64,000 bases of DNA from Escherichia coli (GTDB lineage Bacteria; Pseudomonadota; Gammaproteobacteria; Enterobacterales; Enterobacteriaceae). Shown here piece by piece: positions 20,330-35,733 of the stretch; position 1 is the stretch's first letter; every line of letters begins with the position of its first letter. The position numbers and the translations under genes are program-made. The notes beneath the pieces were generated by a model. That model was not told where the DNA came from, did no database searches, and was given only the letters and a program-made list of their open reading frames with translations. Location: NCBI RefSeq assembly GCF_022846255.1, contig NZ_AP025682.1; one strand, written 5' to 3'.

Positions 20330-22573
20330 ATGAAACTGAATGCAACTTATATAAAAATACGTGATAAATGGTGGGGGCTTCCGCTGTTCCTGCCTTCTTT
20401 AATCTTGCCCATTTTCGCCCACATTAATACTTTCGCGCATATTTCTTCCGGTGAAGTTTTTCTCTTTTATCTGCCACTGGCATTGATGATCAGCATGATG
20501 ATGTTTTTCAGCTGGGCGGCATTGCCAGGGATCGCCTTAGGGATTTTTGTCCGCAAATATGCAGAGCTGGGTTTTTACGAAACGCTCTCATTAACGGCTA
20601 ATTTTATTATCATTATCATTCTCTGTTGGGGCGGTTACAGGGTTTTTACCCCCCGGCGTAACAACGTTTCACATGGTGATAGCCGTTTAATTTCCCAGCG
20701 ACTATTCTGGCAGATTGTGTTTCCTGCAACGCTGTTTCTGATACTTTTCCAGTTTGCTGCGTTTGTTGGATTACTGGCGAGCAGAGAAAATCTGGTCGGC
20801 GTCATGCCCTTTAACCTCGGGACCTTAATCAATTATCAGGCCTTGCTGGTGGGTAATCTGATTGGTGTCCCGCTGTGCTACTTCATCATTCGGGTGGTGC
20901 GAAATCCGTTTTATTTACGTAGCTATTATTCGCAATTAAAACAGCAGGTTGATGCCAAAGTTACCAAAAAAGAGTTCGCAATCTGGCTACTGGCATTAGG
21001 TGCTTTATTGTTGCTGTTATGCATGCCGTTAAATGAAAAAAGCACGATTTTTAGCACCAATTACACCTTGTCATTATTGCTGCCCCTGATGATGTGGGGA
21101 GCGATGCGCTATGGTTATAAGCTGATTTCATTGCTCTGGGCGGTCGTGTTGATGATCAGCATCCACAGCTATCAAAATTACATTCCCATTTATCCTGGCT
21201 ATACCACGCAGCTGACCATAACCTCCTCCAGTTATCTGGTATTCTCTTTTATTGTCAATTATATGGCTGTACTGGCAACCCGTCAGCGAGCGGTAGTCAG
21301 ACGCATTCAGCGGCTTGCGTATGTGGACCCGGTGGTTCATCTGCCAAATGTTCGCGCCCTGAATCGCGCGTTACGTGATGCCCCCTGGTCTGCGCTTTGT
21401 TATTTACGCATCCCTGGCATGGAAATGCTGGTTAAGAATTATGGCATCATGCTGCGGATTCAATACAAGCAAAAACTTTCTCACTGGCTGTCACCATTGT
21501 TGGAACCGGGTGAAGATGTTTATCAGCTTTCGGGTAACGATCTCGCGCTGCGGCTGAATACAGAATCGCACCAGGAGCGCATTACCGCACTGGATAGCCA
21601 TCTCAAGCAATTTCGTTTCTTTTGGGATGGAATGCCGATGCAACCGCAGATTGGCGTCAGTTACTGCTATGTGCGCTCGCCAGTGAATCATATCTACCTG
21701 CTGCTGGGAGAGCTAAATACAGTGGCCGAACTTTCCATCGTGACCAACGCCCCGGAAAATATGCAGCGTCGCGGAGCAATGTATTTGCAACGCGAATTGA
21801 AAGATAAAGTCGCGATGATGAATCGGCTACAGCGGGCGCTGGAACACAACCATTTTTTCCTGATGGCCCAGCCGATTACCGGTATGCGTGGTGATGTCTA
21901 CCATGAAATTCTTCTGCGCATGAAAGGTGAGAATGATGAACTGATCAGCCCCGATAGCTTCTTACCGGTCGCGCACGAATTTGGTTTATCGTCGAGTATC
22001 GACATGTGGGTCATTGAGCATACGCTGCAATTTATGGCTGAAAACAGAGCGAAGATGCCCGCTCACCGTTTTGCTATTAATCTGTCTCCAACCTCGGTAT
22101 GTCAGGCTCGTTTTCCTGTTGAAGTCAGTCAGCTGCTGGCTAAATATCAGATTGAAGCGTGGCAACTTATTTTTGAAGTCACCGAAAGTAATGCTCTGAC
22201 CAATGTTAAGCAGGCGCAAATCACCTTGCAGCATCTTCAGGAATTAGGCTGCCAGATTGCGATTGATGATTTCGGCACCGGCTACGCCAGCTATGCGCGG
22301 CTTAAAAATGTGAATGCCGATCTGCTTAAAATTGACGGCAGTTTTATCCGCAATATTGTGTCAAATAGTCTGGATTATCAGATAGTGGCGTCGATTTGCC
22401 ACCTGGCGCGAATGAAGAAAATGCGGGTAGTGGCAGAGTACGTTGAAAACGAAGAGATCCGCGAGGCGGTGCTCTCTTTGGGGATCGATTATATGCAGGG
22501 TTATCTTATTGGTAAGCCGCAACCGTTAATTGATACGCTGAATGAAATCGAACCCATTCGCGAAAGTGCCTGA
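20330..22573 (+). CDS. pdeF: c-di-GMP phosphodiesterase with MASE1 membrane domain, degenerate GGDEF and EAL domains
   Basis: 747 aa: polytopic N-terminus, EAL-type motifs (EVTES, DDFGTGYAS) in the C-terminus; matches YfgF/PdeF by position and length. Confidence 0.9.
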   Translation: MKLNATYIKIRDKWWGLPLFLPSLILPIFAHINTFAHISSGEVFLFYLPLALMISMMMFFSWAALPGIALGIFVRKYAELGFYETLSLTANFIIIIILCWGGYRVFTPRRNNVSHGDSRLISQRLFWQIVFPATLFLILFQFAAFVGLLASRENLVGVMPFNLGTLINYQALLVGNLIGVPLCYFIIRVVRNPFYLRSYYSQLKQQVDAKVTKKEFAIWLLALGALLLLLCMPLNEKSTIFSTNYTLSLLLPLMMWGAMRYGYKLISLLWAVVLMISIHSYQNYIPIYPGYTTQLTITSSSYLVFSFIVNYMAVLATRQRAVVRRIQRLAYVDPVVHLPNVRALNRALRDAPWSALCYLRIPGMEMLVKNYGIMLRIQYKQKLSHWLSPLLEPGEDVYQLSGNDLALRLNTESHQERITALDSHLKQFRFFWDGMPMQPQIGVSYCYVRSPVNHIYLLLGELNTVAELSIVTNAPENMQRRGAMYLQRELKDKVAMMNRLQRALEHNHFFLMAQPITGMRGDVYHEILLRMKGENDELISPDSFLPVAHEFGLSSSIDMWVIEHTLQFMAENRAKMPAHRFAINLSPTSVCQARFPVEVSQLLAKYQIEAWQLIFEVTESNALTNVKQAQITLQHLQELGCQIAIDDFGTGYASYARLKNVNADLLKIDGSFIRNIVSNSLDYQIVASICHLARMKKMRVVAEYVENEEIREAVLSLGIDYMQGYLIGKPQPLIDTLNEIEPIRESA

Positions 22574-22611
22574 ATAATGCGGGCCGACATTTCTCGTCGG
22601 CCCGCAAAGCA

Positions 22612-26224
<3,613 letters not shown>

Positions 26225-26354
26225 TACCACTTTTACTCCGTTTTATTCACGGGACACTGCCTGGATATTATGGCGAGCAATATTGGCAGATGTCCAACTA
26301 TGCCAGAAAAGGGGGAAAAAAACTGCTGGAGCTTGCGATTTACAGGTGAATTGA

Positions 26355-26381
26355 AAAACGCCAGCGGCAGAGCTGGCGCTT
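26355..26381 (-). terminator. purMN terminator
   Basis: Minus-strand hairpin CGCCAGC / GCTGGCG followed by TTTTT, just after the purN stop. Confidence 0.5.
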
Positions 26382-26394
26382 TAACTACGGGGCA

Positions 26395-27032
26395 TTACTC
26401 GTCGGCAGCGTAGCCCTGCGGCGGCAGACGTTGACCATCCAGCCACGCGGCGTTTTCGTGCATTTTCAGACGACCATCGGCAAACCAGCTAATCACCAGT
26501 GGATAAATAGCGTGTTCCTGGGTTTGCACGCGGGCGGTGATGTCATCTTCCGTATCACCAGCAAATACCGGGACTTTCGCCTGTAAAATAACCGGGCCAC
26601 CGTCCAGTTCATCGGTGACGAAATGCACCGATGTACCGTGCTCCTCATCGCCATTTTCCAGCGCCTGACGATGGGTGTGTAATCCGGGATATTTCGGCAG
26701 CAGAGAAGGGTGAATGTTCAGCAAACGCCCGGCATAGTGGGAGACAAACGCCGGGCTGAGAATGCGCATAAAACCAGCCAGCACGACCACATCGGGTGCG
26801 TACATGTCGATTTCATGAATCAACTCCCGGTCATAGGCTTCACGACTGTCAAACGCGCTGGTGATGAGCGTATGCGTTGCGATACCCGCCTGGCGGGCGC
26901 GTTCAAGGCCGAACGCGTCGGCCTTATTGCTGAAAACTGCCCGTACGGTGCCTTTAATTTTGTTGGTTTTGCAGGCGTCAATAATTGCCTGCAAATTACT
27001 TCCGTTGCCGGAAATAAGCACCACAATATTCA

Positions 27033-27033
<1 letters not shown>
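26395..27033 (-). CDS. purN: Phosphoribosylglycinamide formyltransferase
   Basis: 212-aa ORF; its ATG overlaps the purM stop (TAATG). Confidence 0.95.
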
Positions 27034-28088
<1,055 letters not shown>

Positions 28089-28133
28089 TTACTTGCGGTA
28101 GAAAAATAAAATTCGGCGCAATTCTAACAGGGA

Positions 28134-28149
28134 AAGCAAACGTTTGCGA
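28134..28149 (-). promoter_or_regulatory. PurR operator (pur box) upstream of purMN
   Basis: AAGCAAACGTTTGCGA, a near-palindromic match to the PurR box ACGCAAACGTTTGCGT, 64 nt upstream of the purM start. Confidence 0.5.
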
Positions 28150-28394
28150 GACTGCTTTACACAACCTTTTTGCACGTCTTTTCCCCAGGCGCGCGGCGAA
28201 AGAATACTTGTACCAGGGCAAAGGATCGTTTTCGGATGGAATAATCTTCTTCCATAACCATTTGAATATAAAATAACTTTATCTCAAACCGTTATCATTT
28301 TGACTAAAGTCAACGAAAATAATATTGCCGCCTTGAAGAAAGGAGGTATAATCCGTCGATTTTTTTTGTGGCTGCCCCTCAAAGGAGAAAGAGT

Positions 28395-29021
28395 ATGAAG
28401 ATCGTGGAAGTCAAACACCCACTCGTCAAACACAAGCTGGGACTGATGCGTGAGCAAGATATCAGCACCAAGCGCTTTCGCGAACTCGCTTCCGAAGTGG
28501 GTAGCCTGCTGACTTACGAAGCGACCGCCGACCTCGAAACGGAAAAAGTCACTATCGAAGGCTGGAACGGCCCGGTAGAAATCGACCAGATCAAAGGTAA
28601 GAAAATTACCGTTGTGCCAATTCTGCGTGCGGGTCTTGGGATGATGGACGGTGTGCTGGAAAACGTTCCGAGTGCGCGCATCAGTGTCGTCGGTATGTAC
28701 CGTAATGAAGAAACGCTGGAGCCGGTACCGTACTTCCAGAAACTGGTTTCTAACATCGATGAGCGTATGGCGCTGATCGTTGACCCAATGCTGGCAACCG
28801 GTGGTTCCGTTATCGCGACCATCGACCTGCTGAAAAAAGCGGGCTGCAGCAGCATCAAAGTTCTGGTGCTGGTAGCTGCACCAGAAGGTATCGCTGCGCT
28901 GGAAAAAGCGCACCCGGACGTCGAACTGTATACTGCATCGATTGACCAGGGACTGAACGAGCACGGATACATTATTCCGGGCCTCGGCGATGCCGGTGAC
29001 AAAATCTTTGGTACGAAATAA
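28395..29021 (+). CDS. upp: Uracil phosphoribosyltransferase
   Basis: AAAGGAGAAAGAGT-ATG; translation [20 protein letters not shown]… (208 aa). The ORF-track start at 28368 is upstream of the RBS. Confidence 0.95.
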
Positions 29022-29036
29022 AGAATAAAAATAATT

Positions 29037-29068
29037 AAAGCCGACTTTAAGAGTCGGCTTTTTTTTGA
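29037..29068 (+). terminator. Terminator/attenuator between upp and uraA
   Basis: AAAGCCGACT / AGTCGGCTTT hairpin followed by a T-run. Confidence 0.6.
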
Positions 29069-29106
29069 GTAAAGCGCCTATAACACATAATACAGAGGAT
29101 AATACT

Positions 29107-30396
29107 ATGACGCGCCGTGCTATCGGGGTGAGTGAAAGACCGCCACTTTTACAGACAATCCCGCTTAGTTTGCAACATTTGTTCGCCATGTTTGGTGCAA
29201 CCGTCCTGGTGCCCGTCTTATTTCATATTAACCCGGCGACTGTACTGTTATTTAACGGTATAGGAACACTGCTGTATCTCTTCATCTGTAAAGGGAAAAT
29301 TCCGGCTTATCTTGGTTCCAGCTTTGCCTTTATTTCACCGGTATTGTTACTGTTGCCGTTAGGGTATGAAGTCGCGCTGGGCGGCTTTATTATGTGCGGC
29401 GTGCTGTTCTGCCTGGTTTCTTTTATCGTGAAGAAAGCGGGGACCGGCTGGCTGGACGTGCTGTTTCCACCTGCGGCAATGGGCGCAATCGTTGCCGTCA
29501 TCGGTCTGGAGCTGGCGGGCGTAGCTGCCGGTATGGCGGGTTTACTCCCGGCTGAAGGGCAAACGCCAGACTCCAAAACCATCATCATCTCTATTACCAC
29601 CCTGGCGGTCACGGTTTTAGGTTCCGTGCTGTTTCGTGGTTTCCTGGCAATTATCCCGATTTTAATTGGCGTGCTGGTGGGGTACGCGCTCTCTTTCGCA
29701 ATGGGAATTGTCGATACCACGCCGATTATTAATGCTCACTGGTTTGCGCTGCCGACCCTCTATACGCCGCGCTTCGAGTGGTTTGCCATTCTGACTATTC
29801 TGCCAGCGGCGTTAGTGGTTATTGCCGAACACGTAGGGCACCTGGTCGTAACGGCTAATATCGTCAAAAAAGATCTGCTGCGCGATCCAGGTCTGCACCG
29901 TTCGATGTTTGCTAACGGCTTGTCGACCGTGATCTCCGGCTTCTTTGGCTCCACGCCAAACACCACTTACGGAGAAAACATTGGCGTGATGGCGATCACC
30001 CGTGTTTACAGTACCTGGGTTATCGGCGGTGCGGCGATTTTCGCTATCCTGCTTTCCTGCGTCGGTAAACTGGCTGCTGCTATCCAGATGATCCCATTGC
30101 CGGTGATGGGCGGCGTTTCGCTGCTGCTTTACGGTGTCATCGGTGCTTCCGGTATTCGTGTGTTGATCGAATCGAAAGTGGATTACAACAAAGCACAGAA
30201 CCTGATCCTGACTTCCGTTATTTTGATCATCGGCGTCAGTGGCGCGAAGGTAAACATTGGCGCGGCGGAGCTGAAAGGTATGGCGCTGGCGACCATCGTC
30301 GGTATCGGCTTAAGTTTGATCTTCAAACTGATTAGTATGCTGCGCCCTGAAGAAGTGGTGCTGGACGCAGAAGACGCGGATATAACAGACAAATAA
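29107..30396 (+). CDS. uraA: Uracil:H+ symporter
   Basis: GAGGA upstream of the ATG at 29107; translation [20 protein letters not shown]… (429 aa), polytopic. Confidence 0.95.
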   Translation: MTRRAIGVSERPPLLQTIPLSLQHLFAMFGATVLVPVLFHINPATVLLFNGIGTLLYLFICKGKIPAYLGSSFAFISPVLLLLPLGYEVALGGFIMCGVLFCLVSFIVKKAGTGWLDVLFPPAAMGAIVAVIGLELAGVAAGMAGLLPAEGQTPDSKTIIISITTLAVTVLGSVLFRGFLAIIPILIGVLVGYALSFAMGIVDTTPIINAHWFALPTLYTPRFEWFAILTILPAALVVIAEHVGHLVVTANIVKKDLLRDPGLHRSMFANGLSTVISGFFGSTPNTTYGENIGVMAITRVYSTWVIGGAAIFAILLSCVGKLAAAIQMIPLPVMGGVSLLLYGVIGASGIRVLIESKVDYNKAQNLILTSVILIIGVSGAKVNIGAAELKGMALATIVGIGLSLIFKLISMLRPEEVVLDAEDADITDK

Positions 30397-30490
30397 TGTA
30401 CCGACCGGGCAGTGTTGCTGCCCGGTTCAAACATCATGGGATTCTGTGGTAAACTTCTCGCGATTTTGTGAAATCCTGGTTGAGGTATCT

Positions 30491-31192
30491 CTGAACACAC
30501 CGGCACAGCTCTCTTTGCCACTTTATCTTCCTGACGACGAAACCTTTGCAAGTTTCTGGCCGGGGGATAACTCCTCTTTACTGGCCGCGCTGCAAAACGT
30601 GCTGCGTCAGGAACATAGCGGTTACATCTATCTCTGGGCACGCGAAGGCGCGGGGCGCAGCCATCTGCTGCACGCGGCTTGCGCGGAATTGTCGCAGCGT
30701 GGCGATGCGGTGGGCTATGTCCCGCTGGATAAACGCACCTGGTTTGTTCCGGAAGTGCTCGACGGTATGGAGCATTTGTCGCTGGTCTGTATTGACAACA
30801 TTGAGTGTATTGCCGGCGATGAGTTGTGGGAGATGGCGATTTTCGATCTCTACAATCGAATTCTGGAATCGGGCAAAACACGGTTGTTGATCACCGGCGA
30901 TCGTCCACCGCGGCAGTTGAATCTGGGATTACCGGATCTCGCGTCGCGTCTCGACTGGGGGCAGATCTACAAATTGCAGCCACTTTCTGATGAAGATAAG
31001 TTGCAGGCGCTACAGTTACGCGCGCGTTTGCGTGGTTTTGAACTGCCGGAAGATGTGGGGCGTTTCTTGCTGAAGCGGCTCGACAGAGAAATGCGCACGT
31101 TGTTTATGACGCTGGATCAGCTGGATCGTGCGTCGATTACCGCGCAACGCAAGCTGACCATTCCGTTTGTGAAAGAAATTCTGAAGTTGTAG
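30491..31192 (+). CDS. hda: DnaA-inactivating (RIDA) protein Hda
   Basis: AAA+ protein. Start placed at the CTG at 30491 (233 aa, GAGGT RBS) following the reported CUG start of hda; the ORF track begins at the upstream ATG 30446. Confidence 0.8.
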
Positions 31193-31206
31193 ATAAGGTG
31201 TTTATT

Positions 31207-31300
31207 GTCGGATGCGGCGCGAACGCCTTATCCGACCTACGCGAAGTTAATCCATAGTATTCGTAGGCCGGATAAGACGCGGCAAGCGTCGCATCCGGCA
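31207..31300. repeat. Pair of REP elements (BIME-like) between hda and yfgD
   Basis: GTCGGATGCGGCGCGAACGCCTTATCCGACCTAC and the inverted copy GTAGGCCGGATAAGACGCGGCAAGCGTCGCATCCGGCA. Confidence 0.6.
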
Positions 31301-31329
31301 ATGTGCTTCAACTAGCGATGGAGCACATC

Positions 31330-31689
31330 TTAACCCACGATTTCCAGTACCTGCTCCGGTGGACGACCAATCCGCGCTTTGCCATTCGCGACCACAATCG
31401 GGCGTTCCATTAGCTTCGGATTCTCTACCATCGCCTGAATCAGCACCTCTTCGCTAAGCGAACTGTCAGCCAGGTTCAGTTCTTTATAAAGATCCTCTTT
31501 TTGGCGCATCAATTCACGAGCGCTATTCATCCCCAGCATTTTCAGCAAATCACGCAGCGTTGCCGCATCGGCGGGTGTCTCAAGGTAGAGCACCACTTCT
31601 GGCTCCACGCCGTTTTCTTTCAGCAGGTTCATCGTTTCCCGGCTCTTTGAACAGCGTGGGTTATGGTAGATTTTTACCTGTTTGGTCAT
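31330..31689 (-). CDS. yfgD: ArsC/Spx-family reductase-like protein YfgD
   Basis: 119 aa, N-terminal Cys in …YHNPRCSKSR…; K-12 synteny. Confidence 0.85.
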   Translation of the reverse strand: MTKQVKIYHNPRCSKSRETMNLLKENGVEPEVVLYLETPADAATLRDLLKMLGMNSARELMRQKEDLYKELNLADSSLSEEVLIQAMVENPKLMERPIVVANGKARIGRPPEQVLEIVG

Positions 31690-31709
31690 TGTTCTTCCTT
31701 TAATGCGAA

Positions 31710-33173
31710 TTACATCTTGGTATAAGGCTTAAAGCGTTCCTGCAGCTGGCGCAACTGGTCGATGCGCGCATCGTAACGCGCTTGTTGCAGGCTGCCTAAT
31801 TTCACCTGCGAACTGGCGCTACTCAACAAGGAAATAGCCTGATCGAGTCGCCCGGCGAGCGCATAACCTTCTGCTCGCGCAGCCAGTTCCTGATCGCGGT
31901 TATTTAGTGCGGCTTCCGCCTGTGCCAGTAAATCCCAGCCGTTGCTGTCATCTTTATTGTTAAAAGTGTAGCGATTCAGAATATTGGCCGCTTCCTGTGG
32001 TTGTCCCCCTTGCAGATAAGCGTTCGCCAGGTTGAGCTGCAACACCGGATTGGTGCGCAAATCGCGGGCATTTTTCAGGCGATTGATAGCGTCATTGGCT
32101 TTGTTTTGCCCAAGATCGATATCGGTAGCCAGATCGAGATACCATGCGTTGCCAGGTTCTGCCGCCAGTAACGGTTGCAGCGTTTTACGCGCCTCGTCGT
32201 ATTTATTGGCTTCCATCGCCTGTAAAGCACGACCATATTGCGCCGCTCGTTGCTGACGAACGTTTCCTTTCGCCCATTCATCCAGCAAATCACTGGTGAG
32301 TTGGTTACGCCCTGAATTGTACATCCCCAGTGTGCGCACTTTTGCCAGATAGAAATCTTCTGACGATTGCACCACTATCGGGCGCATCTGATTGGCACGG
32401 TTACGGGCATCAGCCAGACGGCTTTCCGGTAGTGGGTGAGTGAGCAGAATTTCTGGCGGGCGCGAAGAGTAACGCGCCTGATCGAGTAATTTTTCGAGGA
32501 AGGTCGGCATCGCCTGCGGATCGAATCCCGAGCGTTGCAGCACCTGAATACCAATGCGGTCCGCTTCCTGTTCATTTTGCTGGGTGAAACTGATCATCCC
32601 CTGGCGCGTTCCCGCCAGTGTACCGGTCAGCGCCGCCATCCCCGCCTGCGGACTGGCCATCGCCAGTAAAATAGAACCTAACGCGCCGACCCAGGTCAGC
32701 GGCGCGCTGCGCTGCTGATCTTCCATCGCTCGCGCCAGGTGACGTTGGGTGACGTGGGAGATTTCGTGCGCCATAACTGAAGCCAGTTGACTTTCGTTAT
32801 CGGAATAACGGAACAGGGCAGAGTGCAGCACCACGTTGCCGCCAAAGAAAGCAAAGGCGTTAATTTCGTCGTTGTTGATCAGAAAGAAATGAAACGGTGT
32901 CTTAACCGAATTGGCATGCGAAACCAGACGCATTCCTAGCGAATTAATGTATTGCGTTAACAGCGGATCATTAATTAACGGCGCGCTGCCGCGTAACTGG
33001 CGGACATAATAGTCGCCCATCTGCATTTCCTGACCAATGGAAAGTGTGCTTCCTGCGGAGGTTCCCATATCCGGCAAGGTGTCTGCGCTGTCGGCAAACG
33101 CCGGGGCTACCTGACCAATGGTCATAGCAGCAATGAGGGTTGCAACCAGGTTTTTTTTCAACTGCCTGAACAT
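31710..33173 (-). CDS. bepA: Periplasmic M48 metalloprotease/chaperone for outer-membrane protein quality control
   Basis: 487 aa with signal peptide, HEISH zinc motif ([12 protein letters not shown]) and a TPR-like C-terminal half. Confidence 0.9.
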   Translation of the reverse strand: MFRQLKKNLVATLIAAMTIGQVAPAFADSADTLPDMGTSAGSTLSIGQEMQMGDYYVRQLRGSAPLINDPLLTQYINSLGMRLVSHANSVKTPFHFFLINNDEINAFAFFGGNVVLHSALFRYSDNESQLASVMAHEISHVTQRHLARAMEDQQRSAPLTWVGALGSILLAMASPQAGMAALTGTLAGTRQGMISFTQQNEQEADRIGIQVLQRSGFDPQAMPTFLEKLLDQARYSSRPPEILLTHPLPESRLADARNRANQMRPIVVQSSEDFYLAKVRTLGMYNSGRNQLTSDLLDEWAKGNVRQQRAAQYGRALQAMEANKYDEARKTLQPLLAAEPGNAWYLDLATDIDLGQNKANDAINRLKNARDLRTNPVLQLNLANAYLQGGQPQEAANILNRYTFNNKDDSNGWDLLAQAEAALNNRDQELAARAEGYALAGRLDQAISLLSSASSQVKLGSLQQARYDARIDQLRQLQERFKPYTKM

Positions 33174-33385
33174 AACCTCTATCCTGTATTTCTGGAGATA
33201 GTCATTTGACCGATACTGTGAAATATCGTTCCCACCGCGCCGCCTTTGAGTGTAACGGCGAAGATTAGCCCACTCAAATGACTTTTCAGTTTCCTGAATC
33301 CGTCATAAAAAGCGAAGTCTTTTTTGTGACATTTCGATACAATTGCGGATCGCAATCCCGCTCTTGAGGTTCAGGGAAGGTCTGT

Positions 33386-34447
33386 ATGCTCGAAATGTTG
33401 ATGCAATGGTATCGCCGCCGTTTTAGCGACCCGGAAGCGATTGCCTTGCTGGTTATTTTGGTTGCTGGTTTTGGCATTATCTTTTTCTTTAGCGGCCTAC
33501 TCGCGCCGTTGCTGGTGGCTATTGTGCTGGCCTATTTACTGGAATGGCCGACTGTCCGCCTGCAGTCTATTGGCTGTTCCCGCCCTTGGGCGACATCTAT
33601 CGTGCTGATCCTGTTTGTGGGCATCCTGCTACTGATGGCGTTCGTGGTACTGCCTATCGCCTGGCAGCAGGGCATCTACTTAATCCGCGATATGCCAGGG
33701 ATGCTTAATAAACTTTCTGATTTTGCTGCCACGTTACCGCGCCGGTATCCGGCATTAATGGATGCGGGGATTATTGATGCAATGGCTGAAAATATGCGTA
33801 GCCGGATGCTGACCATGGGCGATTCGGTGGTGAAAATTTCCCTCGCCTCGTTGGTCGGTTTGCTGACCATTGCCGTCTATCTGGTGCTGGTGCCATTGAT
33901 GGTCTTCTTCCTGCTGAAAGACAAAGAGCAGATGCTGAACGCCGTTCGCCGGGTGCTGCCGCGCAACCGTGGACTGGCAGGACAGGTGTGGAAGGAGATG
34001 AATCAACAAATCACCAACTATATCCGCGGCAAAGTGCTGGAGATGATCGTGGTAGGGATCGCCACCTGGCTGGGGTTCTTGCTCTTTGGGCTGAACTATT
34101 CGCTGCTGCTGGCGGTGCTGGTCGGCTTCTCGGTACTTATTCCGTACATTGGCGCATTTGTGGTGACCATTCCGGTGGTTGGCGTGGCGCTATTCCAGTT
34201 TGGTGCTGGCACGGAATTCTGGAGCTGCTTCGCGGTGTATCTGATTATTCAGGCGCTGGACGGCAACCTGTTAGTACCGGTGTTGTTTTCCGAAGCGGTT
34301 AACCTGCATCCTCTGGTGATTATTTTATCGGTGGTGATCTTCGGTGGTTTGTGGGGATTCTGGGGCGTATTCTTCGCTATTCCATTGGCGACGCTGATCA
34401 AAGCCGTGATTCACGCCTGGCCTGATGGGCAAATCGCGCAAGACTGA
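33386..34447 (+). CDS. perM: AI-2E family inner-membrane transporter (PerM/YfgO)
   Basis: 353-aa polytopic membrane protein; K-12 synteny. Confidence 0.85.
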   Translation: MLEMLMQWYRRRFSDPEAIALLVILVAGFGIIFFFSGLLAPLLVAIVLAYLLEWPTVRLQSIGCSRPWATSIVLILFVGILLLMAFVVLPIAWQQGIYLIRDMPGMLNKLSDFAATLPRRYPALMDAGIIDAMAENMRSRMLTMGDSVVKISLASLVGLLTIAVYLVLVPLMVFFLLKDKEQMLNAVRRVLPRNRGLAGQVWKEMNQQITNYIRGKVLEMIVVGIATWLGFLLFGLNYSLLLAVLVGFSVLIPYIGAFVVTIPVVGVALFQFGAGTEFWSCFAVYLIIQALDGNLLVPVLFSEAVNLHPLVIILSVVIFGGLWGFWGVFFAIPLATLIKAVIHAWPDGQIAQD

Positions 34448-34545
34448 CCTTCAGCGAAAAAATTTGAAACGAGTGTTGCAGGGCAGTGAGACGATTTGAG
34501 ATGTGCTGGCCGCAAGCGCAGCCAGCACGGAATGGAGCAAAGTAA

Positions 34546-35016
34546 TCAGGCGTGTTCTTTCAGCCAGTTCAGCACAACGTCGTGGTGATTGCTGGTTTTG
34601 AAATCGTCAAAAACATGTTCGATTTTGCCATCAGCGTCAATCAGGAAGCTGATGCGATGAATACCATTGTAGGTTTTGCCCATGAAGGACTTTTCACCCC
34701 AGACGCCGAATTGTTCGCACACCTGGTGGTCCTCATCAGACAGGAGCGTAAAGTTAAGCAGCTCTTTTTCCGCAAAACGGGAGAGTTTTTCGGGTTTATC
34801 GGTGCTGATACCCAGCACATCAACGCCCGCTTTTTTCAACTCATCCATGTTATCGCGTAAGCCGCAGGCCTGTACGGTACAGCCGGGGGTCATGGCTTTC
34901 GGGTAGAAATAAACCAGAACACGCTGTCCCTGGAAGTCGGTCAAATTAACTTGTTCTCCGTCTTGATCCGGCAAGCTAAATTTCGGTGCGATATCACCGG
35001 CTTTCAGTGGATTCAT
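34546..35016 (-). CDS. bcp: Thiol peroxidase / peroxiredoxin Bcp
   Basis: 156 aa with the peroxiredoxin active-site region (…YPKAMTPGCTVQAC…). Confidence 0.95.
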   Translation of the reverse strand: MNPLKAGDIAPKFSLPDQDGEQVNLTDFQGQRVLVYFYPKAMTPGCTVQACGLRDNMDELKKAGVDVLGISTDKPEKLSRFAEKELLNFTLLSDEDHQVCEQFGVWGEKSFMGKTYNGIHRISFLIDADGKIEHVFDDFKTSNHHDVVLNWLKEHA

Positions 35017-35588
35017 TACTTAACTCCATCCTGTTCATCATGTTGGGAATAATTGACGACGTTAATACTGCCTTGTGCATTGAGTTCTGTACATAGGGCT
35101 TTGAACGCTTGCTCAATATTTGCTGCGTCCGCAGATGCGGGGCTGTGGGCAGTAATTTGAATATGCAACTGCGCAGCCCGTTCATTTTCAGCAGGTTGCG
35201 TGCGTGACACCAGCTCCGCAATGTTCATATGATGCGCGTCGAAAAGTGCTGTGAAGCGTTCAATTAAATGCGGGGAGTCTGCCACATCGACCTGAACCCA
35301 GACAGATGCTGGCATTGGCGGACGCGGACGCGCCGTAGTGCGCTTCATCACGATTAAAAGATCCAGCTCGGCACCTTTCAACGGTAACGTTGATTCAATC
35401 AGAGTAATGGCATTCCATGAACCGGAAAGCAGCATGATAAACGTGAACTCTTCTCCCAGCATCGCCAGGCGACTGTCTTCAATATTACAGCCGCAACTAC
35501 TGACATGACGGGTGATGGTGTTCACAATTCCAGGGCGATCGGCACCCAACGCAGTGATCACCAGATAATGTTGCGATGACAGTGTCAA
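35016..35588 (-). CDS. gcvR: Glycine cleavage system regulator GcvR
   Basis: Start placed at the TTG giving MTLSSQHYLVITALGADRPGIV… (190 aa) with an AAGGA RBS; the stop overlaps the bcp start. Confidence 0.8.
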   Translation of the reverse strand: MTLSSQHYLVITALGADRPGIVNTITRHVSSCGCNIEDSRLAMLGEEFTFIMLLSGSWNAITLIESTLPLKGAELDLLIVMKRTTARPRPPMPASVWVQVDVADSPHLIERFTALFDAHHMNIAELVSRTQPAENERAAQLHIQITAHSPASADAANIEQAFKALCTELNAQGSINVVNYSQHDEQDGVK

Positions 35589-35733
35589 ACTGGTTATTCC
35601 TTCAAGGGGTGAGTTGTTCTTAAGGAAAGCATAAAAAAAACATGCATACAACAATCAGAACGGTTCTGTCTGCTTGCTTTTAATACCATACCAAACGTAC
35701 CATTGAGACACTTGTTTGCACAGAGGATGGCCC

